From: an uncultured Fibrobacteria bacterium
GTDB lineage: Bacteria > Fibrobacterota > Fibrobacteria > UBA11236
Direction of reading: 5' to 3'
Length of the DNA: 64,000 bases
NCBI GenBank assembly: GCA_963716395.1
Contig: OY970309.1
Coordinates: forward strand, 2,656,001 to 2,720,000
The notes under the pieces are model-generated. The model saw nothing but the letters and a program-made list of their open reading frames with translations, was not told the DNA's origin and made no database searches. Shown here piece after piece: positions 28,582 through 38,733 of this stretch. Each line of letters opens with the position of its first letter. Within the stretch, counting starts at the first letter, position 1. Position numbers and translations under genes: made by a program.

Positions 28582-29385
28582 TCACATCCGCTTCGCCAGC
28601 CAATCCACGGTCTCGCGTTCGATGCGGTCGCGATCGTAGTCGAGCGTGATCACGTGCCGGCTGCGTTCGACCTCGATCAGCCGCTTGTCCTTGGAACCCA
28701 ATTCCCGTAGCAGGCGGCGGCTGCCGGCGATGGCGCTGGTGTGATCCTTGGGGGCGTGAAAAATCAATGCGGGATTCACGACGCCGGGAAGGAAAGGCCA
28801 GGCGTTGCGCGCCGCGTGGAACACGCTGAGAATGCCGCGCAAAGGCATCGACGAGTAGGCGACGTGATCGCGCACCGCTTCGGGATCGAACATCGGCCCA
28901 CCGCCCGTTTTGGGGATCAGCCGATCCGAAGGCGGCAGCAGGCGCAGCACCCAGCGGTTGGGAAGGCCGAAGGTGCGCCCCGCCGGAACCAGAAAAGGCG
29001 CGCACAACACGAGGTTGGCGACGGGACGGCGCGCAGCCAAATACAAAGCCAGCAATCCTCCCAGACTCAGTCCGCATACCGAAACCTGCGCATGTTCGGC
29101 CTGCAACGCGTCGAAGCCCTGTTGGGCGGCATCGAGGTAGTCTTCGAAGCGCGTGTCGGCTAAATCGGCGACGGTGCGACCATGCCCGGGGAGCAAAATG
29201 CCGCGGCAAAAGCAGCCTGCGGCCGCCACCTTCTGCGCCAGAAAGCGCAGTTCGCGCGGCGAGGAACTCCAGCCATGCAAAAACAGGACGGCATGCCGGC
29301 CATGCCCGAACTCGAAGGGCTCAGCCCCGAGAATGAGGCCCGTGTCCGGATCGCGGGGAAAGGCGTCTTCGGCCGCGCGTTTCAT
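28582..29385 (-). CDS. Alpha/beta-fold carboxylesterase
   Basis: LHGW, GLSLGG nucleophile elbow, D and H catalytic motifs. Confidence 0.88.
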   Translation of the reverse strand: MKRAAEDAFPRDPDTGLILGAEPFEFGHGRHAVLFLHGWSSSPRELRFLAQKVAAAGCFCRGILLPGHGRTVADLADTRFEDYLDAAQQGFDALQAEHAQVSVCGLSLGGLLALYLAARRPVANLVLCAPFLVPAGRTFGLPNRWVLRLLPPSDRLIPKTGGGPMFDPEAVRDHVAYSSMPLRGILSVFHAARNAWPFLPGVVNPALIFHAPKDHTSAIAGSRRLLRELGSKDKRLIEVERSRHVITLDYDRDRIERETVDWLAKRM

Positions 29386-29396
29386 GCCGGTGCCGC

Positions 29397-30209
29397 TTAT
29401 TCAAAATGATGAAGATGAAATTTGCGGATTCTCACCAGGTTTTTGGTGAGATACGCGAAGGCCTCGTCCACCGTATCGCAGATCCGGAACAGCTTCAGAT
29501 CCGACGCGCTGATCATGCCGGTTTCTACCAGATGATCGAAATTGATGAGCTTGTTCCAAAAGGATTTGCCGTAAAGCACCACGCACATTTTTTTGGTAAT
29601 ACGTTCGGTCTGCACCAAGGTCAGCACTTCCATCATTTCATCCAAGGTGCCGAAACCGCCGGGAAACATGATGATGGCCTTGGCCATGTATACGAACCAG
29701 AATTTGCGCACGAAGAAATAGTGGAAATCGAAATTGAGCGCCGGCGTGATGTAAGGGTTGGGCTTTTGTTCGAACGGCAGTTGGATGTTGAGACCGATGG
29801 ATTTTGCGCCGCCCGCCTGGGCGCCGCGGTTGGCCGCCTCCATGATCCCCGGCCCGCCGCCCGAACAGATGGCGTAGTGGAATTCATGCTGCTCGCTCCA
29901 TTGGGCCAAGCGCAGGCTGAGTTGAAAGCAATCTTCGTAATACTGCGCTTGCAGCAAAGTGCGGTGAGCCGCCTTGGCTTCGGCCGAAGCGGCCCCGTAT
30001 TTTTTTTTGGCCGCTTTCAGGCTCGCCGTCGCCGCGGTGTGCGAGAGCACGCGCGCGGAACCGAAGAAGACGAGGGTGTCGTGGATGCCGAAGCGCCGGA
30101 AGCGGTATTCGGGTTCCAAAAATTCCGCCAGTACGCGTACGGAACGGCCGTCGCGGCCTTGCAGAAACTCATGGTTCATGGTGGCGGCGGAGAATCCGTT
30201 TTTTTTCAT
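29397..30209 (-). CDS. LOG-family (TIGR00730) nucleotide phosphoribohydrolase
   Basis: FGSAR, SGGGPGIMEAANRGA, FHYFFVRK, PGGFGTLDE. Confidence 0.92.
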   Translation of the reverse strand: MKKNGFSAATMNHEFLQGRDGRSVRVLAEFLEPEYRFRRFGIHDTLVFFGSARVLSHTAATASLKAAKKKYGAASAEAKAAHRTLLQAQYYEDCFQLSLRLAQWSEQHEFHYAICSGGGPGIMEAANRGAQAGGAKSIGLNIQLPFEQKPNPYITPALNFDFHYFFVRKFWFVYMAKAIIMFPGGFGTLDEMMEVLTLVQTERITKKMCVVLYGKSFWNKLINFDHLVETGMISASDLKLFRICDTVDEAFAYLTKNLVRIRKFHLHHFE

Positions 30210-30418
30210 GCCGGGTATTTTGGTTGCAGGGTGTGGGCGAGAGTGAAGATCGGGGGCGAAGAACGGCGCATCCGCATGGGATCATAACATAATCGCGTTC
30301 GGACTCGAAGAAACCCCGCGGGGAGGATCTCTTTTTGCCGGAAGAAAAAGGCGGCGCGCGAACTGCATCCGCCACACCTCGGCGGCAGCCGCCGTTCCGG
30401 CCATATTACAATACCCCC

Positions 30419-31408
30419 ATGTTCCGACTCCGCGCCCGGCTGCGTTGGTTCCTGCGCCGGCGGTTGCGCCGCCTCGTCCACCGCCCGCCGGTTTCCCCGG
30501 AGCGTTGGCGCAGCGTGCTGTTTCTGTTCGCCGGCACCCACGGCGATGCCGTGCAAATTCTCCGGCCGTTGCACCTTCTGTCCGCCGCCGCGCCGCAGGC
30601 GAAAATTTATTTGCAGGCGCCCGCTCCCGTGTTCGCTGCCTTCCGCGCCTTTTGGCCGGAGATGGTGGAACGCGTAGGTTACCTCGGCGCCTGGCGCCGG
30701 CGCGCTGCGGATTTGTTGTGTACCAATGCGGTGGGTGTTTACCGCGTGCGCTTCGACCTGCTGGCGGCCTGCGGGGGATCGCTGGCTCTGGGTTTTCGCC
30801 ATGTTGGAGAAGCGCGACGCCCGGCCTATTCCGCCACGCTGCCTTTGACGCCCGCGGTGCGCAACTTCGAATCGGCCAACCTGGCCTTGTTGCGCCTAGC
30901 GGGCCTCCGCATCGCGGCCGAATCGCCGCCGCCACCGTCCCCGGAAGGGGAGACGGTGCTCCTGCATGTGGGTAGCGTAGGATTCCGCCGCCGGGTGGGA
31001 GAAGAGGGCTACCGGCTATTGCTGCAGGGCATACTGGAGGTGCTGGGAAATTCGGTGCGGATCATCGCGTATGGGCCGGGCGACGAAGAGGTGGTCGAAA
31101 GTCTCAAGCGCTCCCCGAACTCAACAGCCGCGGAGTTCCGCCACGATCCCTTGCCCGCTTTGGCGCAACAGGTGCGCGCGCACCCGGGCCGCATCGTTTG
31201 CGTCGATAGTTTCTTCGCCCACTTCTGCCGCTATCTCGGCAGGGCCGCTTGGGTATTCCATATCGAGGGCGTTCCCGATGGCTACGACTGCGATCCACCG
31301 CATCGGCAAATCGTTTTGCCGGCCGCTGTGTTCGCAAAACCCGCCGCCCTGCGCGCGATTTTACGCGAAGTTTTGTGGCCCGCCGTCGTGCCGGGCATCC
31401 CGAAATAA
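30419..31408 (+). CDS. Glycosyltransferase family 9-like protein
   Basis: N-terminal GDAV motif, LHVGS, C-terminal CVDSFFAH (DSG.H-like). Confidence 0.6.
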   Translation: MFRLRARLRWFLRRRLRRLVHRPPVSPERWRSVLFLFAGTHGDAVQILRPLHLLSAAAPQAKIYLQAPAPVFAAFRAFWPEMVERVGYLGAWRRRAADLLCTNAVGVYRVRFDLLAACGGSLALGFRHVGEARRPAYSATLPLTPAVRNFESANLALLRLAGLRIAAESPPPPSPEGETVLLHVGSVGFRRRVGEEGYRLLLQGILEVLGNSVRIIAYGPGDEEVVESLKRSPNSTAAEFRHDPLPALAQQVRAHPGRIVCVDSFFAHFCRYLGRAAWVFHIEGVPDGYDCDPPHRQIVLPAAVFAKPAALRAILREVLWPAVVPGIPK

Positions 31409-31506
31409 AGGCAGGCTTTTCCATTGCGCCGGGGTAAAAAGTTCCGGGAACAAAACTGAATGCGGGTGAAATTCCCCGGAATTTAAAGAAAACCTCGATT
31501 TTATTC

Positions 31507-31522
31507 TGGCACTTCACTTGCT
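31507..31522 (+). promoter_or_regulatory. Sigma-54 (-24/-12) promoter of the flagellar operon
   Basis: TGGCAC-TTCAC-TTGCT matches the TGGCAC-N5-TTGC consensus exactly, about 27 bp before the flgB ATG. Confidence 0.85.
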
Positions 31523-31548
31523 GCCGTTACTTGGGACGAGCCAGCATC

Positions 31549-31965
31549 ATGTTCATTAACCAAGCCGTTTTCAGTTCCACCGCCATTCCGGCCCTGGCCA
31601 AAAGCCTGGACGCGGCCACCTTGCGCGGCAAAGCGATTGCCGCCAACCTGGCCAACATCACCACGCCCGGGTACCAGCGTATCGACGTGCAATTCGAGTC
31701 GACGCTGCAACAAAAGCTGGCCGAGATTCAAAGCGACGGACAAAAGCCCGTCGATCCGGCGGCGATCCGGGCGGTGTTCCAAAACACCGAACCCGTGGCC
31801 TACCGGCCCGACGATCCCACCCGACCGGGAGAGATCAACAATGTCGACATCGACGCCGAGGCCGCCCAACTGGCCAAAACCCAGATTCAATTCGACTTCG
31901 GCGCCAAACTCATGCAGACAGAGCGCGGCATGATCGAATCGGCCGTGCAAGAGCCCAAAGGCTGA
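31549..31965 (+). CDS. flgB: Flagellar basal-body rod protein FlgB
   Basis: IAANLANITTPGY, NNVDID.E. Confidence 0.92.
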   Translation: MFINQAVFSSTAIPALAKSLDAATLRGKAIAANLANITTPGYQRIDVQFESTLQQKLAEIQSDGQKPVDPAAIRAVFQNTEPVAYRPDDPTRPGEINNVDIDAEAAQLAKTQIQFDFGAKLMQTERGMIESAVQEPKG

Positions 31966-31979
31966 AGCGGAGGCGACGC

Positions 31980-32486
31980 ATGGGAATGATGGGAATGTTC
32001 ACCGGGCTCGACATCAGCGCCTCGGGCCTGCACGCGCAGCGTATCCGCCAGAACGTGATCGCCAGCAATCTCGCCAACGCCGAAACCACACGCACGCCCG
32101 CAGGCGGTCCGTACAAGCGGCAGGTGGTGGTGCTGAAGGAAGATCAGACCGATCCCGAACAGCGCTTCGTGTTCGGCCCGGAAAAATTGCAGGGCTTCAC
32201 CACCGAGCCCGATCACATTCCCATCCCCCAGCAGAATCTCCCGCTGGCCGATGAGCAGGTGGGCAGCGGCGTCGAGGTCGCGGCCATCGAAGCCGACGGC
32301 GCGCCGCCGCGCATGGTGTATGATCCCAACCATCCCGACGCCAATGCGCAGGGTTATGTGGCTCTGCCGAACGTGAACGTGGTGCAGGAAATGACCGACA
32401 TGATTTCCGCCACGCGTTCGTATGAAGCCAATGTCACCGCCTTCAACGCCACCAAGGGCATGTTGATGAAGGCGCTGGATCTCTGA
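31980..32486 (+). CDS. flgC: Flagellar basal-body rod protein FlgC
   Basis: ASNLANAETT, YDPNHPDA, PNVN...EM.DMISATRSYEAN. Confidence 0.96.
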   Translation: MGMMGMFTGLDISASGLHAQRIRQNVIASNLANAETTRTPAGGPYKRQVVVLKEDQTDPEQRFVFGPEKLQGFTTEPDHIPIPQQNLPLADEQVGSGVEVAAIEADGAPPRMVYDPNHPDANAQGYVALPNVNVVQEMTDMISATRSYEANVTAFNATKGMLMKALDL

Positions 32487-32505
32487 GCGGGAGCGGGGAA
32501 GGGTT

Positions 32506-32781
32506 ATGGCGGGCATGCAAATCCCAGATGGAGTCGGGGGAGCGAACGGGTTCGAACGCTTCCGCGCCCTGCGCGAGCAGGCGCAGCAGCGCCTGCGCCG
32601 CACCGACGTCGAGTCGCGCCTGCAGACCGCGATTCAAAAGCAGCAAGCCTCGGGCTCTGCCGCCGGCTCGCCGGCGCAGTCGGCGGCTCCGGGCCCCGCG
32701 GGGCAATACGCTTCGGCCGGGGCGTTGGAAAAACCCGATCCCAAACCGGCATTGGGCCAGATTCTCGATCTGTTGGCCTGA
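32506..32781 (+). CDS. Small hypothetical protein in flagellar operon
   Basis: Fills the flgC-fliE gap with an RBS; C-terminal LGQILDLLA motif. Confidence 0.65.
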   Translation: MAGMQIPDGVGGANGFERFRALREQAQQRLRRTDVESRLQTAIQKQQASGSAAGSPAQSAAPGPAGQYASAGALEKPDPKPALGQILDLLA

Positions 32782-32791
32782 GGGGACCGCG

Positions 32792-33109
32792 ATGTCCGAC
32801 AGCGAACCCATCCTGAACTTCGGCCCGCCGCCCGAAATCGAATTGCCGGGAGGCCCGGCCACGGGCGGCCCGGTGCGGCCGCAATCGACCTCTTCGTTCG
32901 GAGACATGTTCAGCTCGTTCCTCAAAGACGTGAATTCCATGCAGATCAAGGCCGATCAATCGATTCAGAAAATGGTCACGGGCGAGATCAAAGACGTGCA
33001 CCAGGTCATGCTGGCGGTCGACGAAGCCAAGGTGGCCTTCAACCTGCTGCTGGAAATCCGCAACAAGACCATGGATGCCTACAATCAAGTCATGCAGATG
33101 AAGAGCTGA
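32792..33109 (+). CDS. fliE: Flagellar hook-basal body protein FliE
   Basis: DVHQVMLA..EA...LEIRNK..DAY..VMQM; ATG 32792. Confidence 0.93.
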   Translation: MSDSEPILNFGPPPEIELPGGPATGGPVRPQSTSSFGDMFSSFLKDVNSMQIKADQSIQKMVTGEIKDVHQVMLAVDEAKVAFNLLLEIRNKTMDAYNQVMQMKS

Positions 33110-33209
33110 GGAAGAATATGCACCGGCCTTTGAGACAGCGCGCATTTCTCCCCATTCGCATTTTCGGAAGACCCGCTCAAAACTTGAGCACCCCCGCAAG
33201 GAGCCTCCC

Positions 33210-34781
33210 ATGTCGGAATACCTGAAGCAGTTGATCTTGCAGCTCAAGCAGATCTGGGAGAAACTCAATCCCACCCAGAAGGGCGTGCTGGTGGCCACCA
33301 CGGCCGTGGTGCTGGCCGGCCTCATCACCATCGTGGCCTGGAACTCGGGCGGAACCGGCGGCGACGGGGCGCATAACGGATATACCACCTTGTTCACCGG
33401 CCTCGAGCCCGAAGACGCCGCCAAGGTCACGGCCGTGCTCAAAGATTCCAAGACGCCATACCAGTTCGACAATGACGGCCACACCATTCTCGTGCCCAAG
33501 GACAAGATCTACGACACGCGCATGGACATGGCGCAGAAAGGGCTGCCCGAAAGCGGCGTGGAAGGCTACGAACTGTTCGACAAGGTGCAGATCGGCATGA
33601 CCGACTTCGTGCAGAACCTCGACTACAAGCGCGCCCTCGAAGGCGAACTCACCCGCACCATCGAAACCATCCGCGAGGTGGACAAGGCGCGCGTGCATGT
33701 GATGATTCCCAAGCCCACCCTGTTCACCGACAACAAGGTTTCGCCCACGGCTTCGGTGATCCTGCGTCTGCGGCCGGGCGCCGAGCTCACGCCGGATCAG
33801 ATCGTCGGCATCACCCATCTCGTCGCCAGCTCGATCGAGGGCCTCAAGGCTTCGGAAGTCGCGGTGCTCGACAGCCACGGCAATCTGCTGACCAAGGATT
33901 ACGGCGAAAGCCCGCTGGCCGAGCAGACCGATCACAATCTCATGATCCAGGGCGAGGTCGAAGATCGGTTGGAACGCAAGGTGAGCGACATTTTCAACGG
34001 ACTGCTCGGTCCGGGCAACGTGCGCGTGAAGGCCGCGGTCGATCTCGACATGGACCAGGTGCAGAAAACCGTCGAGTCGTACGACCCCAACACCAAGGTC
34101 ATCCGCTCGCAGCAGCGCGATGACGGCATGATCAAGGGCAGCCCCACGGCCCAGATGGAGCAGAAAGAAGGCTCGATCACCAATTACGAATTCGACAAAA
34201 CCGTGGCCAATATCGTGGCCACGCCCGGGGCCGTGAACCGTATGACGATTTCGGTGGCCGTCGACGGGTCGTACAAGACCGGGCCCGATGGCAAAACCAC
34301 CTATGTGCCGCGTACGCCGGAAGAACTCGACAAGTTTACCGCCTTGGTCAAGAACGCCGTGGGCTACCGGCCCGACAGCAAAGACGAAGTGTACGTGACC
34401 AACGTGCAATTCGACCGCCAGTTGGCTCCCGACGACGAAATCGCGCTGCGCAAAGTGGGCGAGCCCGCCTGGTTGGAGCTGCTCAAGCAATACGGAATTC
34501 TGCTGCTCATCGTGGTGTTCGGATTCATCTTTCTGCGCGGGCTGGCCCGGAATCTTTCCAGCGCCATGAATCCGCCCCGGCCGCGGTACGCCGGGGTGAA
34601 CCTGGATTATTGGAACGCCAAGGTTCCCGAGAACGTGCAAAAGCAAAAAGACATTCTTGAGAAGGTTGAGATCATGACGCGCACCGAGCCGCTTAACATC
34701 GCCAACCTCATTAAGACCTGGATCCACGACGGCTCGGAAATGCAGAATAGAGATGCGAAAAAAGCCGCGAACAAGCGGTAG
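33210..34781 (+). CDS. fliF: Flagellar M-ring protein FliF
   Basis: GYELFD, RALEGELTRTI, ARVH, PTASV, two TMs. Confidence 0.95.
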   Translation: MSEYLKQLILQLKQIWEKLNPTQKGVLVATTAVVLAGLITIVAWNSGGTGGDGAHNGYTTLFTGLEPEDAAKVTAVLKDSKTPYQFDNDGHTILVPKDKIYDTRMDMAQKGLPESGVEGYELFDKVQIGMTDFVQNLDYKRALEGELTRTIETIREVDKARVHVMIPKPTLFTDNKVSPTASVILRLRPGAELTPDQIVGITHLVASSIEGLKASEVAVLDSHGNLLTKDYGESPLAEQTDHNLMIQGEVEDRLERKVSDIFNGLLGPGNVRVKAAVDLDMDQVQKTVESYDPNTKVIRSQQRDDGMIKGSPTAQMEQKEGSITNYEFDKTVANIVATPGAVNRMTISVAVDGSYKTGPDGKTTYVPRTPEELDKFTALVKNAVGYRPDSKDEVYVTNVQFDRQLAPDDEIALRKVGEPAWLELLKQYGILLLIVVFGFIFLRGLARNLSSAMNPPRPRYAGVNLDYWNAKVPENVQKQKDILEKVEIMTRTEPLNIANLIKTWIHDGSEMQNRDAKKAANKR

Positions 34782-34795
34782 GCGGGAGAGCGGGT

Positions 34796-35854
34796 ATGGC
34801 GGGTGAAATGGCGGCGGCCGGCGAAGACCTCGAAATCGGGGAGAAAGACACCCCCCCGCTGAACGGACCACAAAAGGCAGCCGTGATGATGATCACATTG
34901 GGGGCCGACGCCTGCGCCCAGATTTTCAAGAGCCTCGACGAGGAGGACGTCGAGATCCTCACCGCCCAGATCGCGCGCCTGCAGGGGGTCACCTCCGAGG
35001 TGCGCGAACAAGTGCTGGAGGAGTTCCACCAGATGGCGGTGGCGCAACGCTACATCCTGCAAGGCGGCGTCGACTACGCCAAGACCGCGCTGGAAAGCGC
35101 CATGGGCCCGCGCAAGGCCCGCGAGATTCTGGAAAAGGTGCAGACCAGCATCCGCACCACGGGTTTCAGCCTGTTGAAAGACATCGATCCCATGCAGGTG
35201 GTGAACTTCATCCAGAAGGAGCACCCGCAGACCGTGGCCCTCTTGCTGGCCCACATGGATTCGGCGGCGGCGGCCCCGATTCTTTCGGCCCTGCCGCAGG
35301 AATTGCAGGTCGACGTGACCACGCGCATGGCCACCATGCAAAGCGTCACGCCCGACGTGCTGGAACAGGTCGAAGAGGTGCTGTCGCAGCAGATGAAGAG
35401 CCTGTTCGGCGGCAACGTCTCCGAAGTCGGCGGCGTGAAGTTCGTGGCCGAAATGCTGAACCAGGTCGACCGCAGCGCCGAGAAGAACATTCTGGGCAAC
35501 CTCGAACGCGAGAACCCCGAGTTGGCCACCGAGATCAAGAACCTCATGTTCGTGTTCGAAGACATCGCCGTACTCGACGATCGCGGCATCCAGCGCGTAC
35601 TCAAGGAAATCGACACCAAAGAACTGGGCCTGGCGCTCAAAGGCGCCAGCGAAAGCGTGAGTTCCAAGTTCTTCCACAACATGTCGAGCCGCGCTTCGGA
35701 GATGATGAAGGAAGACATGCAGTTCATGGGCCCCGTGCGTCTCAAAGACGTCGAAGGCGCGCAACAGCGCATCGTCGATGTGGTGCGCCGCCTGGAGGAC
35801 GAAGGCGAAATCGTGATCTCGGGCCGCGGCGGCGAAGACGAAATCGTGGTCTGA
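34796..35854 (+). CDS. fliG: Flagellar motor switch protein FliG
   Basis: EHPQTVAL, MFVFED, GPVRLKDVE.AQ. Confidence 0.97.
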   Translation: MAGEMAAAGEDLEIGEKDTPPLNGPQKAAVMMITLGADACAQIFKSLDEEDVEILTAQIARLQGVTSEVREQVLEEFHQMAVAQRYILQGGVDYAKTALESAMGPRKAREILEKVQTSIRTTGFSLLKDIDPMQVVNFIQKEHPQTVALLLAHMDSAAAAPILSALPQELQVDVTTRMATMQSVTPDVLEQVEEVLSQQMKSLFGGNVSEVGGVKFVAEMLNQVDRSAEKNILGNLERENPELATEIKNLMFVFEDIAVLDDRGIQRVLKEIDTKELGLALKGASESVSSKFFHNMSSRASEMMKEDMQFMGPVRLKDVEGAQQRIVDVVRRLEDEGEIVISGRGGEDEIVV

Positions 35855-35855
35855 G

Positions 35856-36686
35856 ATGGAGGAATTCCGCCCGGAATCGGCCGCCCGCAAGCCTTCGCGC
35901 CGCGTGGTGCGTGCCGCCGACTGGAGCCCCACGCCCGCAGGCGGCATGTCGGCCTTTGCGTACACGCCGTTTTCCGCGCCGGGCAAAGCCGTCCCCGCGG
36001 CCCCCGACTCCGAAACCGCACGCCTGGCCGCCTTGCAGGCGCACCTGCGGCGGCAGGAAGAGGAATTCCGCCGGCAACTCGAAAGCGAGCGCCGCGCGCT
36101 GTCCGAAGCCGAGAAACGGCATTTCGTCCAAGGGCTGGAGCAAGGCCGGCGCGAAGCCGGGCAGGAGGAACGCGCGCGTTACGACCGGACCCTCGAGGCC
36201 TTGCGCGGCGAAACGCAAAACCTGCTGCAAACCTTCACGCGCGAAAAGGATTCCGTCTTTCTGGAATATGCGAGCCAGGCGGCCGAGGTCTTGGCCTTCG
36301 CACTGCGCCGGGTGTTCGGCGAGTTGGCGGGAAATTTTCCCGAAGCCGTGCTGCCGCTTATCCGTGAAGCCGTACAGGCCCTGGGTCAGAGCGCGGATCT
36401 CGTCGTCAAGGTGAATCCCGCGGATCTGCCGCTGGTCGAAGAACGCCGCGATTTTTGGCAGCGCCTCAATGCCACGGGCGAAGGCGTGCGCTGCGTGGCC
36501 GACGAACGCGTGGCGCCGGGAGGATGCCTGGTGCTGGCCGATGCCACCGCCGCCCGCATCGATTTGGAATCGGTGGGCGCGCGTTTGGCCGAAGCCGTGC
36601 GGGCGGCCTGTGCCGATCGCAAGCGCCTCCCGCCCGCGGCTGCGGAGAACCTGCCCCCGGAGCGGACTGCGGCCGGCGCAGGCTAG
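35856..36686 (+). CDS. fliH: Flagellar assembly protein FliH
   Basis: GxxxG repeats, VNPAD, GGC; located between fliG and fliI. Confidence 0.8.
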   Translation: MEEFRPESAARKPSRRVVRAADWSPTPAGGMSAFAYTPFSAPGKAVPAAPDSETARLAALQAHLRRQEEEFRRQLESERRALSEAEKRHFVQGLEQGRREAGQEERARYDRTLEALRGETQNLLQTFTREKDSVFLEYASQAAEVLAFALRRVFGELAGNFPEAVLPLIREAVQALGQSADLVVKVNPADLPLVEERRDFWQRLNATGEGVRCVADERVAPGGCLVLADATAARIDLESVGARLAEAVRAACADRKRLPPAAAENLPPERTAAGAG

Positions 36687-36688
36687 AC

Positions 36689-38062
36689 GTGGAACCTCCC
36701 CGCCCCGACTCCGTCTCCGCTCCGGCCGAAACCGGGAACCGCGAACACTTTGCCGCCTATCTCCGCGCCGTGGCCTCGGTGCCGCTGGCCGAAGTGCGCG
36801 CCGCCGTGGTGCAGGTGATCGGGTTGATTCTGGAAAGCACCGGGCTGCGCGCGGCCATGGGCGAAGTATGCCGCATCTATGACGGTTCGCGCGTCGTGGG
36901 GTGGGCCGAAGTGGTGGGCTTTCGCAAGCATACGACCTTACTCATGCCCGTGGGCGAACTGGCGGAAATCCGTCCGGGTCTGGAAGTCGAGGCCACGGGG
37001 CGGCCTTTCACCTTGCCGGTGGGCGAAGCTTTGTTGGGCCGCGTGCTCAACGGACTGGGTCAGCCGCTCGACGATTTGGGGCCCTTGACTACGGCCGCCG
37101 GCGGCGAAACGGCGCGCATTTTCAACGCGCCGCCCAATCCGCTGTCGCGGCGCCGCATCCGCGAACCCATGGTCACGGGCATCCGCTCCATCGACGCCTT
37201 TCGCACCTTGGGCAAAGGCCAGCGCGTGGGGTTGTTCGCGGGGTCGGGCGTGGGCAAATCGGTGTTGCTGGGCATGATCGCCCGCAATTGCCAGGCGGCG
37301 GTGAACGTCATCGCCCTGATCGGCGAGCGCGGCCGCGAGGTCAAGGAGTTCATCGAAAAAGATCTCGGGCCCGAAGGGCTGAAGCGATCGGTGGTGTTCG
37401 TAGCCACTTCGGATCAGCCGGCCCTGGTGCGGCTCAAAGCCGCGCTGTCGGCCACGGCGGTAGCCGAATGGTTCCGCGATCGCGGCAAAGACGTGATGCT
37501 GCTCATGGATTCATCGACGCGCCTGGCCATGGCCCAGCGCGAAATCGGCCTGGCCGTGGGCGAGCCACCTTCCTCGCGCGGGTATACGCCCTCGGTGTTC
37601 GCCTTTCTTCCCAAGCTTTTCGAGCGGGCGGGCATGGGCGCCCAAGGCTCCATCACTTCGATTTACACCGTACTGGTCGAAGGCGACGACATGGACGAAC
37701 CCGTGGCCGACGCGGTGCGCTCGATTCTCGACGGCCACATCGTGCTTTCCCGATCTTTGGCCCACCGCAACCACTATCCCGCCATCGACGTGCTGCAAAG
37801 CGTGAGCCGCTGCATGCCCGACGTCATCGAGGCGGCCCAGAAAGAGGCCGTCGCCAAGGTGCTGCGCGCCATGGCCGTGTACCGCGAGTCCGAAGATTTG
37901 GTCAATCTCGGCGCCTACGCCCGCGGAACCAATCCCGAGCTCGACAAAGCCATCGCGCTGTCACCCGAACTGCAGCGTTTTCTGATTCAGGCCGTGGACG
38001 ATCGCGCCGACTTTCCCGAAACTTTGCAGCGCTTGCAGCAATTGGCGGCCGCGGTGAAATAG
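36689..38062 (+). CDS. fliI: Flagellar export ATPase FliI
   Basis: GSGVGKS, GERGREV, DGHIVLSR, YPAIDVL; GTG start 36689. Confidence 0.95.
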   Translation: MEPPRPDSVSAPAETGNREHFAAYLRAVASVPLAEVRAAVVQVIGLILESTGLRAAMGEVCRIYDGSRVVGWAEVVGFRKHTTLLMPVGELAEIRPGLEVEATGRPFTLPVGEALLGRVLNGLGQPLDDLGPLTTAAGGETARIFNAPPNPLSRRRIREPMVTGIRSIDAFRTLGKGQRVGLFAGSGVGKSVLLGMIARNCQAAVNVIALIGERGREVKEFIEKDLGPEGLKRSVVFVATSDQPALVRLKAALSATAVAEWFRDRGKDVMLLMDSSTRLAMAQREIGLAVGEPPSSRGYTPSVFAFLPKLFERAGMGAQGSITSIYTVLVEGDDMDEPVADAVRSILDGHIVLSRSLAHRNHYPAIDVLQSVSRCMPDVIEAAQKEAVAKVLRAMAVYRESEDLVNLGAYARGTNPELDKAIALSPELQRFLIQAVDDRADFPETLQRLQQLAAAVK

Positions 38063-38121
38063 GCGGAACGCGGTTTTTGCGCCGTGGCGGCCGCCGGGGC
38101 GCGAATGCTATTTTACGCGAG

Positions 38122-38673
38122 ATGAAGAAAGTGCTGGTGCTGCTGCATCCGGGTTGCGAAGAGATCGAAGCCGTGACGGTGATCGACCTGTTGCGCCGCG
38201 CCGACGTTGAAGTGGTCACGGCTTCGACGGTGGCGGATGCTAAGGTGGTCGGCGGCCGGGGCATCCCCCTGGTGGCCGACACCTTGCTGGCGCATTGCTC
38301 CGGCGAGGGTTTCGATTTGCTGGTTCTGCCCGGCGGCCCGGGCGTGGATGCGTTGCGCAAGCAAGCGGAAGTGCTGGAATGCGTCCGCCGCTTTTATCGC
38401 GCCGGCCTGTTCGTGGCGGCCATTTGCGCCGCGCCGCTGGTGCTGCTCGACGCCGGCATCACTGCCGGCCATACCGTCACCTCTTTTCCCGGCACCGAAG
38501 GCGAACTGCGCGGCAAGGTGCGGGCCTACACCACCGAACGGGTGAGCCGCGACGGCAAACTCATCACGTCGCGCGGTGCCGGTACGGCCGAAGAATTCGC
38601 CTTGGCCCTGGTGCGCGTCTTGCAGGGGCCGGCTGTTTCCGAGCAGGTACGCCAGCGCATCGTGGCGCGTTAG
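38122..38673 (+). CDS. DJ-1/YajL/PfpI family protein
   Basis: GCEEIEA, LPGG, AAICAAP, TSRGAGTA. Confidence 0.92.
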   Translation: MKKVLVLLHPGCEEIEAVTVIDLLRRADVEVVTASTVADAKVVGGRGIPLVADTLLAHCSGEGFDLLVLPGGPGVDALRKQAEVLECVRRFYRAGLFVAAICAAPLVLLDAGITAGHTVTSFPGTEGELRGKVRAYTTERVSRDGKLITSRGAGTAEEFALALVRVLQGPAVSEQVRQRIVAR

Positions 38674-38733
38674 GCGTAATCGTAAAGCGACGGCCGTGCG
38701 CGCCATCTGGAACAAAATGCGGAGCCGCCGGAG

